Position numbers and translations under genes: made by a program. Below, piece after piece: positions 25,973 through 38,711 of a stretch of 64,000 nt of DNA (the first letter of the stretch is position 1; the number at the start of each line of letters is the position of its first letter). Origin of the DNA: Eledone cirrhosa (lineage: Eukaryota); the NCBI GenBank assembly GCA_964016885.1, contig OZ024745.1, positions 88,164,001 through 88,228,000 of the forward strand, read 5' to 3'. Under the pieces are notes generated by a model. The model was not told the DNA's origin. It did not search any database and worked only from the letters and a program-made list of their open reading frames with translations.

Positions 25973-28620
25973 GTCTCACTCGCTTTACGCGTTTTAATTG
26001 TCCTAATAACTTATTTTGGTTATTATTGCACCGAAGTGAGATATATGATTTTTAATGCAATGAAATATCTATGATCTTCGGCAAATCACTGATGAGGGAC
26101 TTATTTTATTACATGTTACCCATGTGCTACCTGCAGTATTTTTCTCTATATTTTAATACATATATTTACCACTGCGATTCTGTGTTTTTTCTCTCTCTCT
26201 TACTGTCCCCCCTTCTCTCTGTTTCTCCCCCTCTGTCTTGTCCGTTAACTCTTCCTCACACTTTCATTCACTCACTGTTTTTCTCCCTCTTCTCTTCATT
26301 TCATCCTGCACTCACGAACGCTATTTTTTCTCTCTCTGCTCATAGCCCTCGTTCGTGTAGGTTCTATTCTCTAAGCGCTCATATATTCACCTAGCTTATG
26401 CTAAACAGAATAATTTTTGAAGCTTGTTTCTCCCCTACGGTATGCTATATTTTCTGTTGTTCTCCTGTCTCACTCGCTTTACGCGTTTTAATTGTCCTAA
26501 TAACTTATTTTGGTTATTATTGCACCGAAGTGAGATATATGATTTTTAATGCAATGAAATATCTATGATCTTCGGCAAATCACTGATGAGGGACTTATTT
26601 TATTACATGTTACCCATGTGCTACCTGCAGTATTTTTCTCTATATTTTAATACATATATTTACCACTGCGATTCTGTGTTTTTTCTCTCTCTCTTACTGT
26701 CCCCCCTTCTCTCTGTTTCTCCCCCTCTGTCTTGTCCGTTAACTCTTCCTCACACTTTCATTCACTCACTGTTTTTCTCCCTCTTCTCTTCATTTCATCC
26801 TGCACTCACGAACGCTATTTTTTCTCTCTCTGCTCATAGCCCTCGTTCGTGTAGGTTCTATTCTCTAAGCGCTCATATATTCACCTAGCTTATGCTAAAC
26901 AGAATAATTTTTGAAGCTTGTTTCTCCCCTACGGTATGCTATATTTTCTGTTGTTCTCCTGTCTCACTCGCTTTACGCGTTTTAATTGTCCTAATAACTT
27001 ATTTTGGTTATTATTGCACCGAAGTGAGATATATGATTTTTAATGCAATGAAATATCTATGATCTTCGGCAAATCACTGATGAGGGACTTATTTTATTAC
27101 ATGTTACCCATGTGCTACCTGCAGTATTTTTCTCTATATTTTAATACATATATTTACCACTGCGATTCTGTGTTTTTTCTCTCTCTCTTACTGTCCCCCC
27201 TTCTCTCTGTTTCTCCCCCTCTGTCTTGTCCGTTAACTCTTCCTCACACTTTCACTCACTCACTGTTTTTCTCCCTCTTCTCTTCATTTCATCCTGCACT
27301 GACGAACGCTATTTTTTCTCTCTCTGCTCATAGCCCTCGTTCGTGTAGGTTCTATTCTCTAAGCGCTCATATATTCACCTAGCTTATGCTAAACAGAATA
27401 ATTTTTGAAGCTTGTTTCTCCCCTACGGTATGCTATATTTTCTGTTGTTCTCCTGTCTCACTCGCTTTACGCGTTTTAATTGTCCTAATAACTTATTTTG
27501 GTTATTATTGCACCGAAGTGAGATATATGATTTTTAATGCAATGAAATATCTATGATCTTCGGCAAATCACTGATGAGGGACTTATTTTATTACATGTTA
27601 CCCATGTGCTACCTGCAGTATTTTTCTCTATATTTTAATACATATATTTACCACTGCGATTCTGTGTTTTTTCTCTCTCTCTTACTGTCCCCCCTTCTCT
27701 CTGTTTCTCCCCCTCTGTCTTGTCCGTTAACTCTTCCTCACACTTTCATTCACTCACTGTTTTTCTCCCTCTTCTCTTCATTTCATCCTGCACTCACGAA
27801 CGCTATTTTTTCTCTCTCTGCTCATAGCCCTCGTTCGTGTAGGTTCTATTCTCTAAGCGCTCATATATTCACCTAGCTTATGCTAAACAGAATAATTTTT
27901 GAAGCTTGTTTCTCCCCTACGGTATGCTATATTTTCTGTTGTTCTCCTGTCTCACTCGCTTTACGCGTTTTAATTGTCCTAATAACTTATTTTGGTTATT
28001 ATTGCACCGAAGTGAGATATATGATTTTTAATGCAATGAAATATCTATGATCTTCGGCAAATCACTGATGAGGGACTTATTTTATTACATGTTACCCATG
28101 TGCTACCTGCAGTATTTTTCTCTATATTTTAATACATATATTTACCACTGCGATTCTGTGTTTTTTCTCTCTCTCTTACTGTCCCCCCTTCTCTCTGTTT
28201 CTCCCCCTCTGTCTTGTCCGTTAACTCTTCCTCACACTTTCACTCACTCACTGTTTTTCTCCCTCTTCTCTTCATTTCATCCTGCACTCACGAACGCTAT
28301 TTTCTCTCTCTCTGCTCATAGCCCTCGTTCGTGTAGGTTCTATTCTCTAAGCGCTCATATATTCACCTAGCTTATGCTAAACAGAATAATTTTTGAAGCT
28401 TGTTTCTCCCCTACGGTATGCTATATTTTCTGTTGTTCTCTTGTCTCACTCGCTTTACGCGTTTTAATTGTCCTAATAACTTATTTTGGTTATTATTGCA
28501 CCGAAGTGAGATATATGATTTTTAATGCAATGAAATATCTATGATCTTCGGCAAATCACTGATGAGGGACTTATTTTATTACATGTTACCCATGTGCTAC
28601 CTGCAGTATTTTTCTCTATA

Positions 28621-28627
<7 letters not shown>
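25973..28627 (+). repeat. Tandem array of a 494-bp unit, about 5.4 near-identical copies, flanked by (TA)n
   Basis: Unit starts at 25973, 26467, 26961, 27455, 27949 and 28443. ORF-track copies are spaced exactly 494 bp apart. Confidence 0.97.
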
Positions 28628-28705
<78 letters not shown>

Positions 28706-29421
28706 GTATCTATTTATTTATTTATTTGTTTCTATGCTTAAATCTATATTTTTTACTTGCTTTCATTCTATTAATGTATATCCGTCTGTCTGTTTATTTA
28801 ATCCTTCTCTCCTTCCTATTTCTGCCTGTATTCATCAACAATTACTGTCTCTGCCTGCTTTCCTTTTCCTCCTTCATCTTTCTCTACCTCTTTCTCTTTT
28901 TTTCTTATTCATCCTTCCTTTTCTTCTCTAGCTCTAATACATCTACCCTCCCCCCTTTTCTTTCTATCTGTATCTTTATTATTAATATTATCTTTATTTT
29001 GATGTGATAGTTTGATTTCGTAATTTTGCTGGTTATGCATTTAACTGTATTTTCGTTTTCTCTTTAATCTTTCTTCCCCCCCCCCCCTCCGTTCCATCTG
29101 TTCTCCTTCTCTCTATATCTTTATGATTAATATTATTATTGATGTAGTAATTTGAATTTATAAATTTACCGTTACGCATATATTTTGTATTTTTTCTCAG
29201 TTTCCGATGAAATGACAGAGGTAGCATGTATTGTAAATTGAGTGCCACTAATTTCAGTGTTAAGCAATTTTTAGACAACTCTACCATAGAAACAATTGTT
29301 AGACTGTAAATAAATTTCCTTGTTTGTATTGTTGACCATGTTATTCTTCACCTTTTCACTTTATATATATATACAAATATGAATATATATATATATATAT
29401 AATAATAATAACATATATATA

Positions 29422-29612
29422 ATAATTGTTTCTACTTTAGGCACAAGGCCAGTAATTACCCAGTACATTACTGGTACTTCATTTTATCGACCCCGTAAGG
29501 ATGAAAGGCAAAGTTAACCTCGGCGGGATTTGAACTCAGATCATAAAGGGACGTAACTATGCTAGAAAGCATGGCATCCGACCCTCTACCGATACTGCCA
29601 ATCCACCGCCCT
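29422..29612 (-). mobile_element. tRNA-derived Nin-domain SINE
   Basis: Reverse complement of the 20864 family. Further decayed copies at about 41620-41765 (-) and 57070-57200 (-), and a 3' fragment at 8428-8482 (+). Confidence 0.85.
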
Positions 29613-29963
29613 TATATAATAATAACATTCGATTCGTTTGCAATTATGCAAACAACCCTCAATGTTATAGCCATGTCAGTATAATGAACCCTTCATTCTT
29701 GCACTTGTATTGGCATATGAACAGAGCTGCAGACACTAATGTTTCTGGGTGTCACTCTTCATCAGTACAGTTCACTGTTCACCTGCCAAACTGTCAGATC
29801 TAGTGAAAATATATGCTATTTTAAAAAATACACGGTGACTGATCGGCCAGATTTGCCTATTAGCAGACTGGCTGATCAGTCAAATCTGCATATTACCAGA
29901 TCCACTGATCAGCCAGATTTGCATATCAGCAGACTGGCCAGTCAGTTTCCTGTATACGAGCGA

Positions 29964-30298
29964 TAAATGGCCGGCTTTGCCAAATTCAAATCAAAAAGAA
30001 AATATTTGAATTTGGCAAAGCTGGCCATTTATAAAATCTGTTTCATACTGTTGGTAATCATCAGAGCTTAGCACTCGTCGATGCCTGATGAAAATTATAG
30101 ATGCTGGATTCTTATAGAATTCCAGTAAAAATCAGCAACTGATAATATAGAGCGATTGCCGGTCCAGCAAAAATTGAAAATTAGAATTGGTGCTCTGAAA
30201 TAGCGATGTATACATGAATATATATATAGTATATTTGGCAATATACTGTAGGCATCACCGAGTGCTAAGCTCTGATAATTACCAACAGTATAAAACAG
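29964..30298. repeat. 28-bp-arm hairpin (29964-30031) next to a MITE-like element with about 50-bp TIRs (30038-30087 / 30250-30298)
   Basis: Reverse-complement matches read directly. Preceded by three 33-bp repeats at about 29838-29945. Confidence 0.7.
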
Positions 30299-30434
30299 AT
30301 CTGTCAGCTTATCTCCCTTTGTTTGTTGAAAAAAGAAGTAAGTGACATAGTCAGTACTTTAAAATAATAGCGCAAGGGCTTCAAAATGTTTATAATTACG
30401 CATACAGTATATTGTCAAATATACTATATATATA

Positions 30435-30489
<55 letters not shown>

Positions 30490-30491
<2 letters not shown>

Positions 30492-32840
30492 CGTTTCTGA
30501 ATTTGTTTAGCAAGATTCTTTATCTGAAATCGTGTGTTGAAACCGATATTGTTATACTTTGGGAGGGTCATGTTGCCAATAAGAAACACACGCACCAGTT
30601 GCTTTCACTTCAATTTATTATAATAAATTTATAATAAATTTATAAATTTATAAATTTCTGGTTGGTTGGTTGGTTCCACAACCAGAAAGTTGTTTATATA
30701 TTGTCATAGTTCTTTCGTCACACACTCTGTGACCTCTTCAGTGACTGGGGGTTGCTTTCTTTGTTTCTGTGCCTCTCCTTTGTTCTGTCCTACGCCATTT
30801 TGTTTCTGTGTGTGTGTTGTGTGCTCAGTCTGCGCATGCGCCACATCCGGGTGTCTGTGTGTGTTTATGTTCATTTATTTATTTGTTTATTTACATGTTA
30901 CTGGTTGGTTGTTTGTTCTATGTGTGTGTGTGTTTTCATTTTGTCCTTAATTGTAAGTTGTGATGTTGCTGTTCCACTCATATTTTCTATTTAATTTTGG
31001 TTGTAATTCTTTTATGTCTATTGCCTCTGTGATTTGTCTAAACATTGCGTCTTTTCTGTGTGTAGATTCTATTTTTATTTCTATGTTCTCTAATTTACCC
31101 TTGTGTTCTATTTTAGCATGTTGGTAGAGTACAGATGATTCTTTACTATCTTGAAGGTCTCGCCAGTGTTCATTTATCCGTTCCCCTGCACCACGAGCTG
31201 TCTCACCTATGTACACTATATTTTTGTCTCTACATTGTCCTTCAGTACATCTTATGCTATACACTACATTTCTAGTTTTACAGTTAACAAGTGGGCTTAT
31301 TTTACAGGTTATACATTTCTTATCTATACATGAGGGTCTTTGAAAAGGGTATGTCTTGCTAATAAGTGTTTTTACGGAGGTACCTGGTCTTTCTACTATC
31401 TTAATATTGAGTTTATGTTTATCTAGGGCCCTTCTAAATTTGTAAGCTAATTCACCTCTAGGGGTTGTATCGATGAACATTACACTCTGGTATTTATTGC
31501 TATCATACCATGAGTTTATTCTATTAGCCTTGTTCCTAGTTCTTTCTATTCTATTCCAAAATGTGCTCCTATACAAGGGGCAGGTCCCATTTATGTCACA
31601 GTTCACCATTTTTTCCCATTTGGTTCTGGCTCCTCTATACACTCTGATTTTATCTCTCTGATTGTAGCCAGAGAACTGCATACGGTGGATGAAGTGTTGT
31701 ATGTGTCTCTCTAGTTGTTCGGGGTTGCACATCCGGGTCACGTTTCTCATCACCCGTACCAAATCCGCAATCAGTATGTTGATTTTGGTATGGTCCGAAA
31801 CGGCCGAGTTTCGTTGGATCAGATGTTTGGAAGTCATGGGTTTGGCATAATGGGAATGGAGGATTTATTTTTTGTTATTAATGGTATCTAACCAGAGCTC
31901 TGTGTCTAGTACAGGTAATCGATGGTTGGGGTGTTTACTTGGGTAATCTATAGTAACTCTAATGCTCTGGTGGATGGAGTTAGCTATTTGCTGGATGCTT
32001 TCCATTGTGTTTTTCTCTAGTTCCTGACTGTTCTCTAGTGGGGTGTCTTAACTACGATGTTTATATCATCAACGTAACGGGAGTACATTATCAGGGTTAA
32101 GGGGTCTTCTATTTGTTCTTTAAGTTTAAGTTTAAGCCTACTGTCCCACCATACCATGAATAAGTTAGCTATGTCGCCTGCAATGCTAACACCATTGTCT
32201 GCTCCTACCTCTTGGGCATATGTTTTTCCATTAAATTTGAACATATGTTCCTTAAGGGTTAGTTTTATGCTGGCCCCTACCGCATGTGCAATCATTTTCT
32301 TCAGTTCATCGTGGTTTTCGGGTGTCCGTATGGCTCTGGTCCACCCGTTCCATCTATCTGTGTGGGTTTTCTTGGCCATTGAGTTAATGGTAGGTGGTCT
32401 GTCTCTTGCTGGTCTTGTATGGCACATGTTGCTAAGGTCATATGTGTCTAGGTAATTATTACTATAGGTAAGTTTAAGTAGGAGTCCCAGCTCACTGGTA
32501 TCAATCCCACGGAACTCAACATTGCTCTCACTGATTATTTCTACGCATTTCTCCACAGCAAAATCCACGTCAATAGATGGATACAGGGACACAACATCCA
32601 TACTACCTATTATGCAGTTTGTTAGGTCCCTAGATCGGTTACTCTCGCCGATTCTGCTGAGGTCACAGAGTGTGTGACGAAAGAACTATGACAATATATA
32701 AACAACTATCTGGTTGTGGAACCAACCAACCAACCAACCAGAAATTTATAAATTTATAAATTTATTATAAATATATTATAATAAATTGAAGTGAAAGCAA
32801 CTGGTGCGTGTGTTTCTTATTGGCAACATGACCCAAGTAT

Positions 32841-32846
<6 letters not shown>
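30490..32846 (-). mobile_element. 5'-truncated Penelope-like element (Naiad-type), same family as 17422, with inverted pLTR piece at 32659-32846
   Basis: GSMDVVSLYPSID, YAQEVGADNG...ANLFMVWWD, YVDDI, frameshift near 32035, and an intact GIY-YIG ORF 30947-31837. Confidence 0.92.
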
Positions 32847-32873
<27 letters not shown>

Positions 32874-33160
32874 CTATAAATTATGTCCTTAGAATCATTT
32901 GATAAGATATATACTCAATTTCCTTTCCCAATTAGCATAATCAACCACACAAAAAACTAATTAAATGAGGCTATAAGATTAAAAGGCACCTGTGAAGAAA
33001 TAATAGATAAATAAACGATAGCCATCTATTCACGATCAACAGCCATAGAATATTTACCTACCATTTCCATAGCACGTGAAAATCGATTAAATATATCGTC
33101 AACCATACACAATTAGGTATAAAATTAAACTTAGACGAAAAAATTCATATACACTTACCA

Positions 33161-33255
33161 GAATTACGTTTCTACCCTTTAGGGTTTCGTTCGCTTTCGG
33201 AAATATCCTATCAAAGATAAATTCTCGAGCTTCGAACTCATCAGGAAACAAACTC
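33161..33255 (-). ncRNA. Canonical full type I hammerhead ribozyme
   Basis: GAGTTTGTTTC-CTGATGA-GTTCG...CGAAC-GAAA-CCC taaa GGG-TA-GAAACGTAATTC. All core nucleotides, G10.1-C11.1, a stable stem III and a GUA site are present. Confidence 0.88.
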
Positions 33256-33337
33256 ACTTGGATAAAGATTTTTCTTAAATGATCCCCGCCAGAAACGAAT
33301 TCAAAATGGCTAAGAACTGTGACGTGGTCAAGTCAGA

Positions 33338-33428
<91 letters not shown>

Positions 33429-33542
33429 TGGAACAGCAAGAACCCTCCGATACGTCCTGAATATCTGAGGCTGCAGGTAGTGGCTTGATATTCATTCCAA
33501 CGGACTTTCCAGTTAACCAACATCAATGACTGAGATTCAAGG
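33429..33542 (+). mobile_element. Extremely 5'-truncated copy of Dong family A within (AAT)n
   Basis: Near-identical to 7407-7520, with (AAT)n on both sides. Confidence 0.9.
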
Positions 33543-33575
33543 AATAACAACAATAATAATAATAATAATAATAAT

Positions 33576-33645
<70 letters not shown>

Positions 33646-33832
33646 ATGTTTAACTCTGACGGCAGAGCTCAAGCCGTTTCGACGGCTATTTCTGGAGTCC
33701 AGAAATAGCCGTCGAAACGGCTTGAGCTCTGCCGTCGGGGTTAAACATTTTCCTATTACCCACTCTACTGCACTAAGTATTGAGTACTCTGGTGCGTTAT
33801 GGTCCATCTGGTTTCTTGCCACACTTCCTTCG

Positions 33833-33865
<33 letters not shown>

Positions 33866-33934
33866 AATAAAAGGCAGAGTTAATAACCCCTATTGCTACC
33901 ATGTAATTAACAAGCTCAAACTACATATATAATA

Positions 33935-34197
33935 ATATATGTAGTAATAAACACAGTAAATCCTGTGTCTAAAATTACGAGGGTTGAAATACCACGTTGG
34001 TTTGACAAATTTAACCAGAAGCAAACGGAAAATACAGAAAATATAAAGACCATCTCAATAACTATTACATCTCCCGGACAGATTAAAGATTTAATCTGTT
34101 TCGCCCTGAGAATTGTGTTTGTAACAGATAATCCGTAGTATTTTAACCCTCGTAATTTTAGACACACGATTTACTGTTTTTATTACTACATATATTA
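33935..34197. repeat. Small fold-back element with about 60-bp imperfect inverted arms
   Basis: tatgtagtaataaacacagtaaatc.tgtgtctaaaattacgagggtt versus aaccctcgtaattttagacacacgatttactgtttttattactacata. Confidence 0.75.
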
Positions 34198-35643
34198 TAT
34201 ATATATATATTGACGTAATCAGTGATGTTTCTTCATTAGACGACGCACATTGTCGCCTCTACACAGTTCTTTAAATAAACTGTTGAAAGACATTGAGACT
34301 ATAATTACGAAATCACCAGAATTGGACACTAAAATAGTTTAGGAAATAACACAGATATAGCTGTTTCATAGCTTATCATTCTGTGTAATTATCCAATCTT
34401 TTCGTTATAAATCACTTTCGGGTCTTTTTAATTCTTATGTCTCTATAATTAATATTCTATATCGTTTTCTATTAGTAACGATAATTTAGTTCGTGTTACT
34501 TTAGTTTCTTTGATTTAACTAACGTCACTAACATCATTTTAAAACTAAATGATCATCACTATTCAACTGTGACAAACGTTTATGTCAAAGTATGCTGTTA
34601 TTTATTCGCTTCATTCTTAACATATGTAGCCTGTTTATTATCAATATAACTCCGTCAAAAATAACTTTGATATCATACTGGTGACTGTTCCTTTACGAGA
34701 CAAGTATAACATAAACAATCTGAATATTTAACTAAAGCTTGGTAAATGAATGACACACATCCAAATTAAAGACAAAAAGAACAACAATCCCCGGATATCT
34801 TATTCAGCTAAGGATGATTCTTTCTCCGATAATGATATATATTTATACGTATTTAAGCTAACCAAGTGAGATCAAATCCAGTTAAAGTATTGTCTATAAC
34901 ATTGAAGTATAACAGAAATAAAATATAGAGTATTAAAAGAAGAGATACAAAGGGAAATAAATAAAAAAAGTCAACATGGTACGAATGCTTTTAATTTGAA
35001 TCAATTTATCTTGAATTCTTTGGGCAAAACATCAACCATGTTGTTATTGTATTAAAGAATTTACTATATAATGCAGCATTGTAAGTAGAATGAATATTAT
35101 GATGGATTTTAGTGGCGTCGTTTTCATTGCAGTTGTACGCGTTCAGTATTAGGAAAATATTTTATCACTCAATATGAAATGTTGTGCTAACTTTGTTGAT
35201 TAACTGTGTAACAATCAGACATTGTTGGGAACGTGGCTTTAGAATGTTTTAGATATAGCCTATGGGTAGAATATGTGTCAAACACTACAATTTGATAATT
35301 ATATAGCGCAATCGAATGCTTATAGGGAGTCTGTGGTATTGAAATATCGTTAGAGAATTACTGGTGATTATTTCATCGACTGCAAAGAATGCAAAGAATG
35401 AAAAGATAGAAATCAATCGAAATTATTTGTATGCCGGTCGTAAAGGAAATTGTTAGGTAGGTAGATAGGTAGTTGATGTAAAGTATGTATCCATTTTTAA
35501 ATGTGAGTAATGCTTGGTGAGAGGCCAGAATAACATAAAATTGGTGGTGCTCCGATGGGGGAGTAATTTATGAAGTTGGCTTCTCTTTAAACTATTCCAT
35601 TATCACTTACATCCAGTATATTTCAGAACATATATATGCAGAT

Positions 35644-35744
<101 letters not shown>

Positions 35745-35765
35745 TTATATATATATATATTTATA

Positions 35766-36114
35766 TACGATATTAAACAAATGGAAACTACATTTATAAA
35801 ACCATATTTATTTCATTATATATATTTCAGGGATATCATATTAAAAATATGGTATGCCCTCTTCAGACATAATACAATATATAAACAGTTTTATAAATAA
35901 ATTTGACATACCTTGAAACATTTTACAACTTCCATTTAAAAAGTTGTTAAGGTAGTGAGAATGTTAAGGACGGTTAGAAAGAAAGACGGAGAAAAAAGAA
36001 AAAAAGGAAAAGAAGGAAAAAAGGAAAAGAAAGAGCGGAAGGTGAAGAAGATGAAGAAATGTATGTAAAGAGAAAGACACCAAATGAGAGATTTATGAGG
36101 GAAGGGGGTACTGT

Positions 36115-36147
<33 letters not shown>

Positions 36148-38118
36148 GTGTTAAGGATACTGGGAGAAATAAAAACAAAAACAAAAATAAATAAGGAGAG
36201 GTAGATCGAGTAATATCTATCATACGAGGTGGGAGAGATAGGGGAGGGGTGAGATACAGGAGATAGAGTTAAAACAGCCGATACATAAGTCCCGTCAAAT
36301 GTAGAGGGAGGAGGAGAGGAGATATACTTAGAAATAAAAATGATAGTTTTAAAATATTATGTTTCATCAGTCTATCAATTCCTATGAATTATAATGTAAA
36401 TATCAATATTCATGAATGAGACACATATCAATAATGTGTGAAAAAATAATGACTATATGTTTAGTTTAAAATCATGAAAAAAGTTGCTGCAGACATAGAT
36501 TGAACTCAACTTTTAAATATAAATATAAATTTAAAATTTAGTATATTTACTTAAGACTTTTAATTACTTTTTAATTATTTTTTAATTATTTTAGAAAACT
36601 TGGCGATAAATCTTTCGATTCCTCCAATTCTTTAAACCTTCTTCATGAGTATATAATTAATAATGTAATTAAACTACCTTAAAATGCTGATGCTCCCAAA
36701 TCTATTGAATAACATTTTTAAGCTAGATAAACTTTTATAATAAATATAAGAGCATCTGTAGAACAACCGGGTAACCTAAAGTTTTTTTGAATGATTTCTG
36801 CTAAATAAGTTTGGTGAATAATTTTGGTTTTGTTTGCTTTCGATTCTGATTGCTTCTAATGAACTTGGCAATATATTGTCAAATAAATTGGAAGGATTGA
36901 TTGATATGCGGGGCACACTGTGTTTCTTACGGCCCTAGATATTCTGGGGAGTGAAATATTCTTGGCGTTTTTTAATATTTTAATATATTGATATCTGTTC
37001 TATTCTATGCTTGAACGATAATCATGTATGAGAGGGCAAGAATATTATTATTATTACTAATAATGTATATTTTATGTATATGTATGTATGTATGTACATA
37101 TATGTACGGTAAAATCTATTTTAACGCAATGAAGCTTTTCATGTGAAATACAAATTTACAGAGCTGTTCACGTAAGCTCACATATGTCTATAATGTCAAT
37201 TTGAGATAACCTTCTCTTTTTCTTTCTCTTTTTTCTTTTTCTCTTTTTTCATGAAAATACATATATACTTATGTATTTCAGTATTTTTTTGAAGCTTTAT
37301 CTCAGATTTTGATTGTAAACCTAAGAATTTTTAAACTAAACATATAGTCATTATTTTTTCACACATTATTGATATGTGTCTCATTCATGAATATTGATAT
37401 TTACATTATAATTCATAGGAATTGATAGACTGATGAAACATAATATTTTAAAACTATCATTTTTATTTCTAAGTATATCTCCTCTCCTCCTCCCTCTACA
37501 TTTGACGGGACTTATGTATCGGCTGTTTTAACTCTATCTCCTATATCTCACCCCTCCCGTATCTCTCCCACCTCGTATGATAGATATTACTCGATCTACC
37601 TCTCCTTATTTATTTTTGTTTTTGTTTTTATTTCTCCCCGTATCCTTAACACTAAATGAATAAATAAATAAATAAATAATTACAGTACCCCTTCCCTCAT
37701 AAATCTCTCATTTGGTGTCTTTCTCTTTACATACATTTCTTCATCTTCTTCACCTTCCGCTCTTTCTTTTCCTTTTTTCCTTCTTTTTCTTTTTTTCTTT
37801 TTTCTCCGTCTTTCTTTCTAACCGTCCTTAACATTCTCACTACCATAACAACTTTTTAAATGGAAGTTGTAAAATTTTTCAAGGTATGTCAAATTTATTT
37901 ATAAAACTGTTTATATATTGTATATTGTCTGAAGAGGGCATACCATATTTTTAATATGATATCCCTGAAATATATATAATGAAATAAATATGGTTTTATA
38001 AATGTAGTTTCCATTTGTTTAATATCGTAAAATACTCCAAAATCTGTTGAGTGCTTTTATATCAGTTATAAAATATTTACTCGTTGTAACCCAACAATTT
38101 TAAATAAAATTTTTGCAT
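35766..38118. mobile_element. Large fold-back element: about 705-bp inverted arms (35766-36470 / 37329-38029), about 860-bp spacer, right extension, in (TA)n
   Basis: Arms are near-identical reverse complements. Outer ends carry a decayed hammerhead core CTGAAGA-GGG...CCCT-GAAA-TATAT. Termini are homologous to the 42558 element. Confidence 0.88.
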
Positions 38119-38608
38119 ATATATTTATATATATATATATATATACACAGTTCAATGAAGATATAGATTAGGTTATCGTTTGATATAGCAGGAAAAATGT
38201 ATTATGGTTTCGGAAGCTTGCCCTTCATCAAAAGATATGATGAGAAATAAATGTGGAATTCGAAAGATATGAGAGTGTAAAAGGTACGAACATCTTTTGA
38301 GAAAAAGCTCATGTCTGCTCAGTCAACCACATATATATATATATTTAGCTCTGTTTCTCGACCGTTATATCGCGTGACTATCTCCCCCTCCGCCTTTTGG
38401 GATTCTTTCTCACGTCGTGTAGACGCGTTCTTGAGACTAGTAAACTGAGGTATCCTCTTGATAAGTCGGCAGACCTCGCAAGGACTCTATATCTTTATGA
38501 TGTATTGTTTTTGTTTATGCCACGAAACTACGTAGTCGAGGAATCTAGGAGCAGTTTAGGTATGATACATTTTATTACTAATTATATCTAAATATTTCAT
38601 CTCTCTTC

Positions 38609-38711
<103 letters not shown>

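Noticed and set aside
26071-28741. Six copies of a 107-aa hydrophobic ORF (the last truncated)
   Set aside because: Product of a CT-rich tandem repeat unit, with no recognisable domain.
30081-30260. CTGATGA...GAAA inside the MITE-like element as a hammerhead
   Set aside because: Cannot form stems II and III with a valid NUH site. The pairing is explained by the TIRs.
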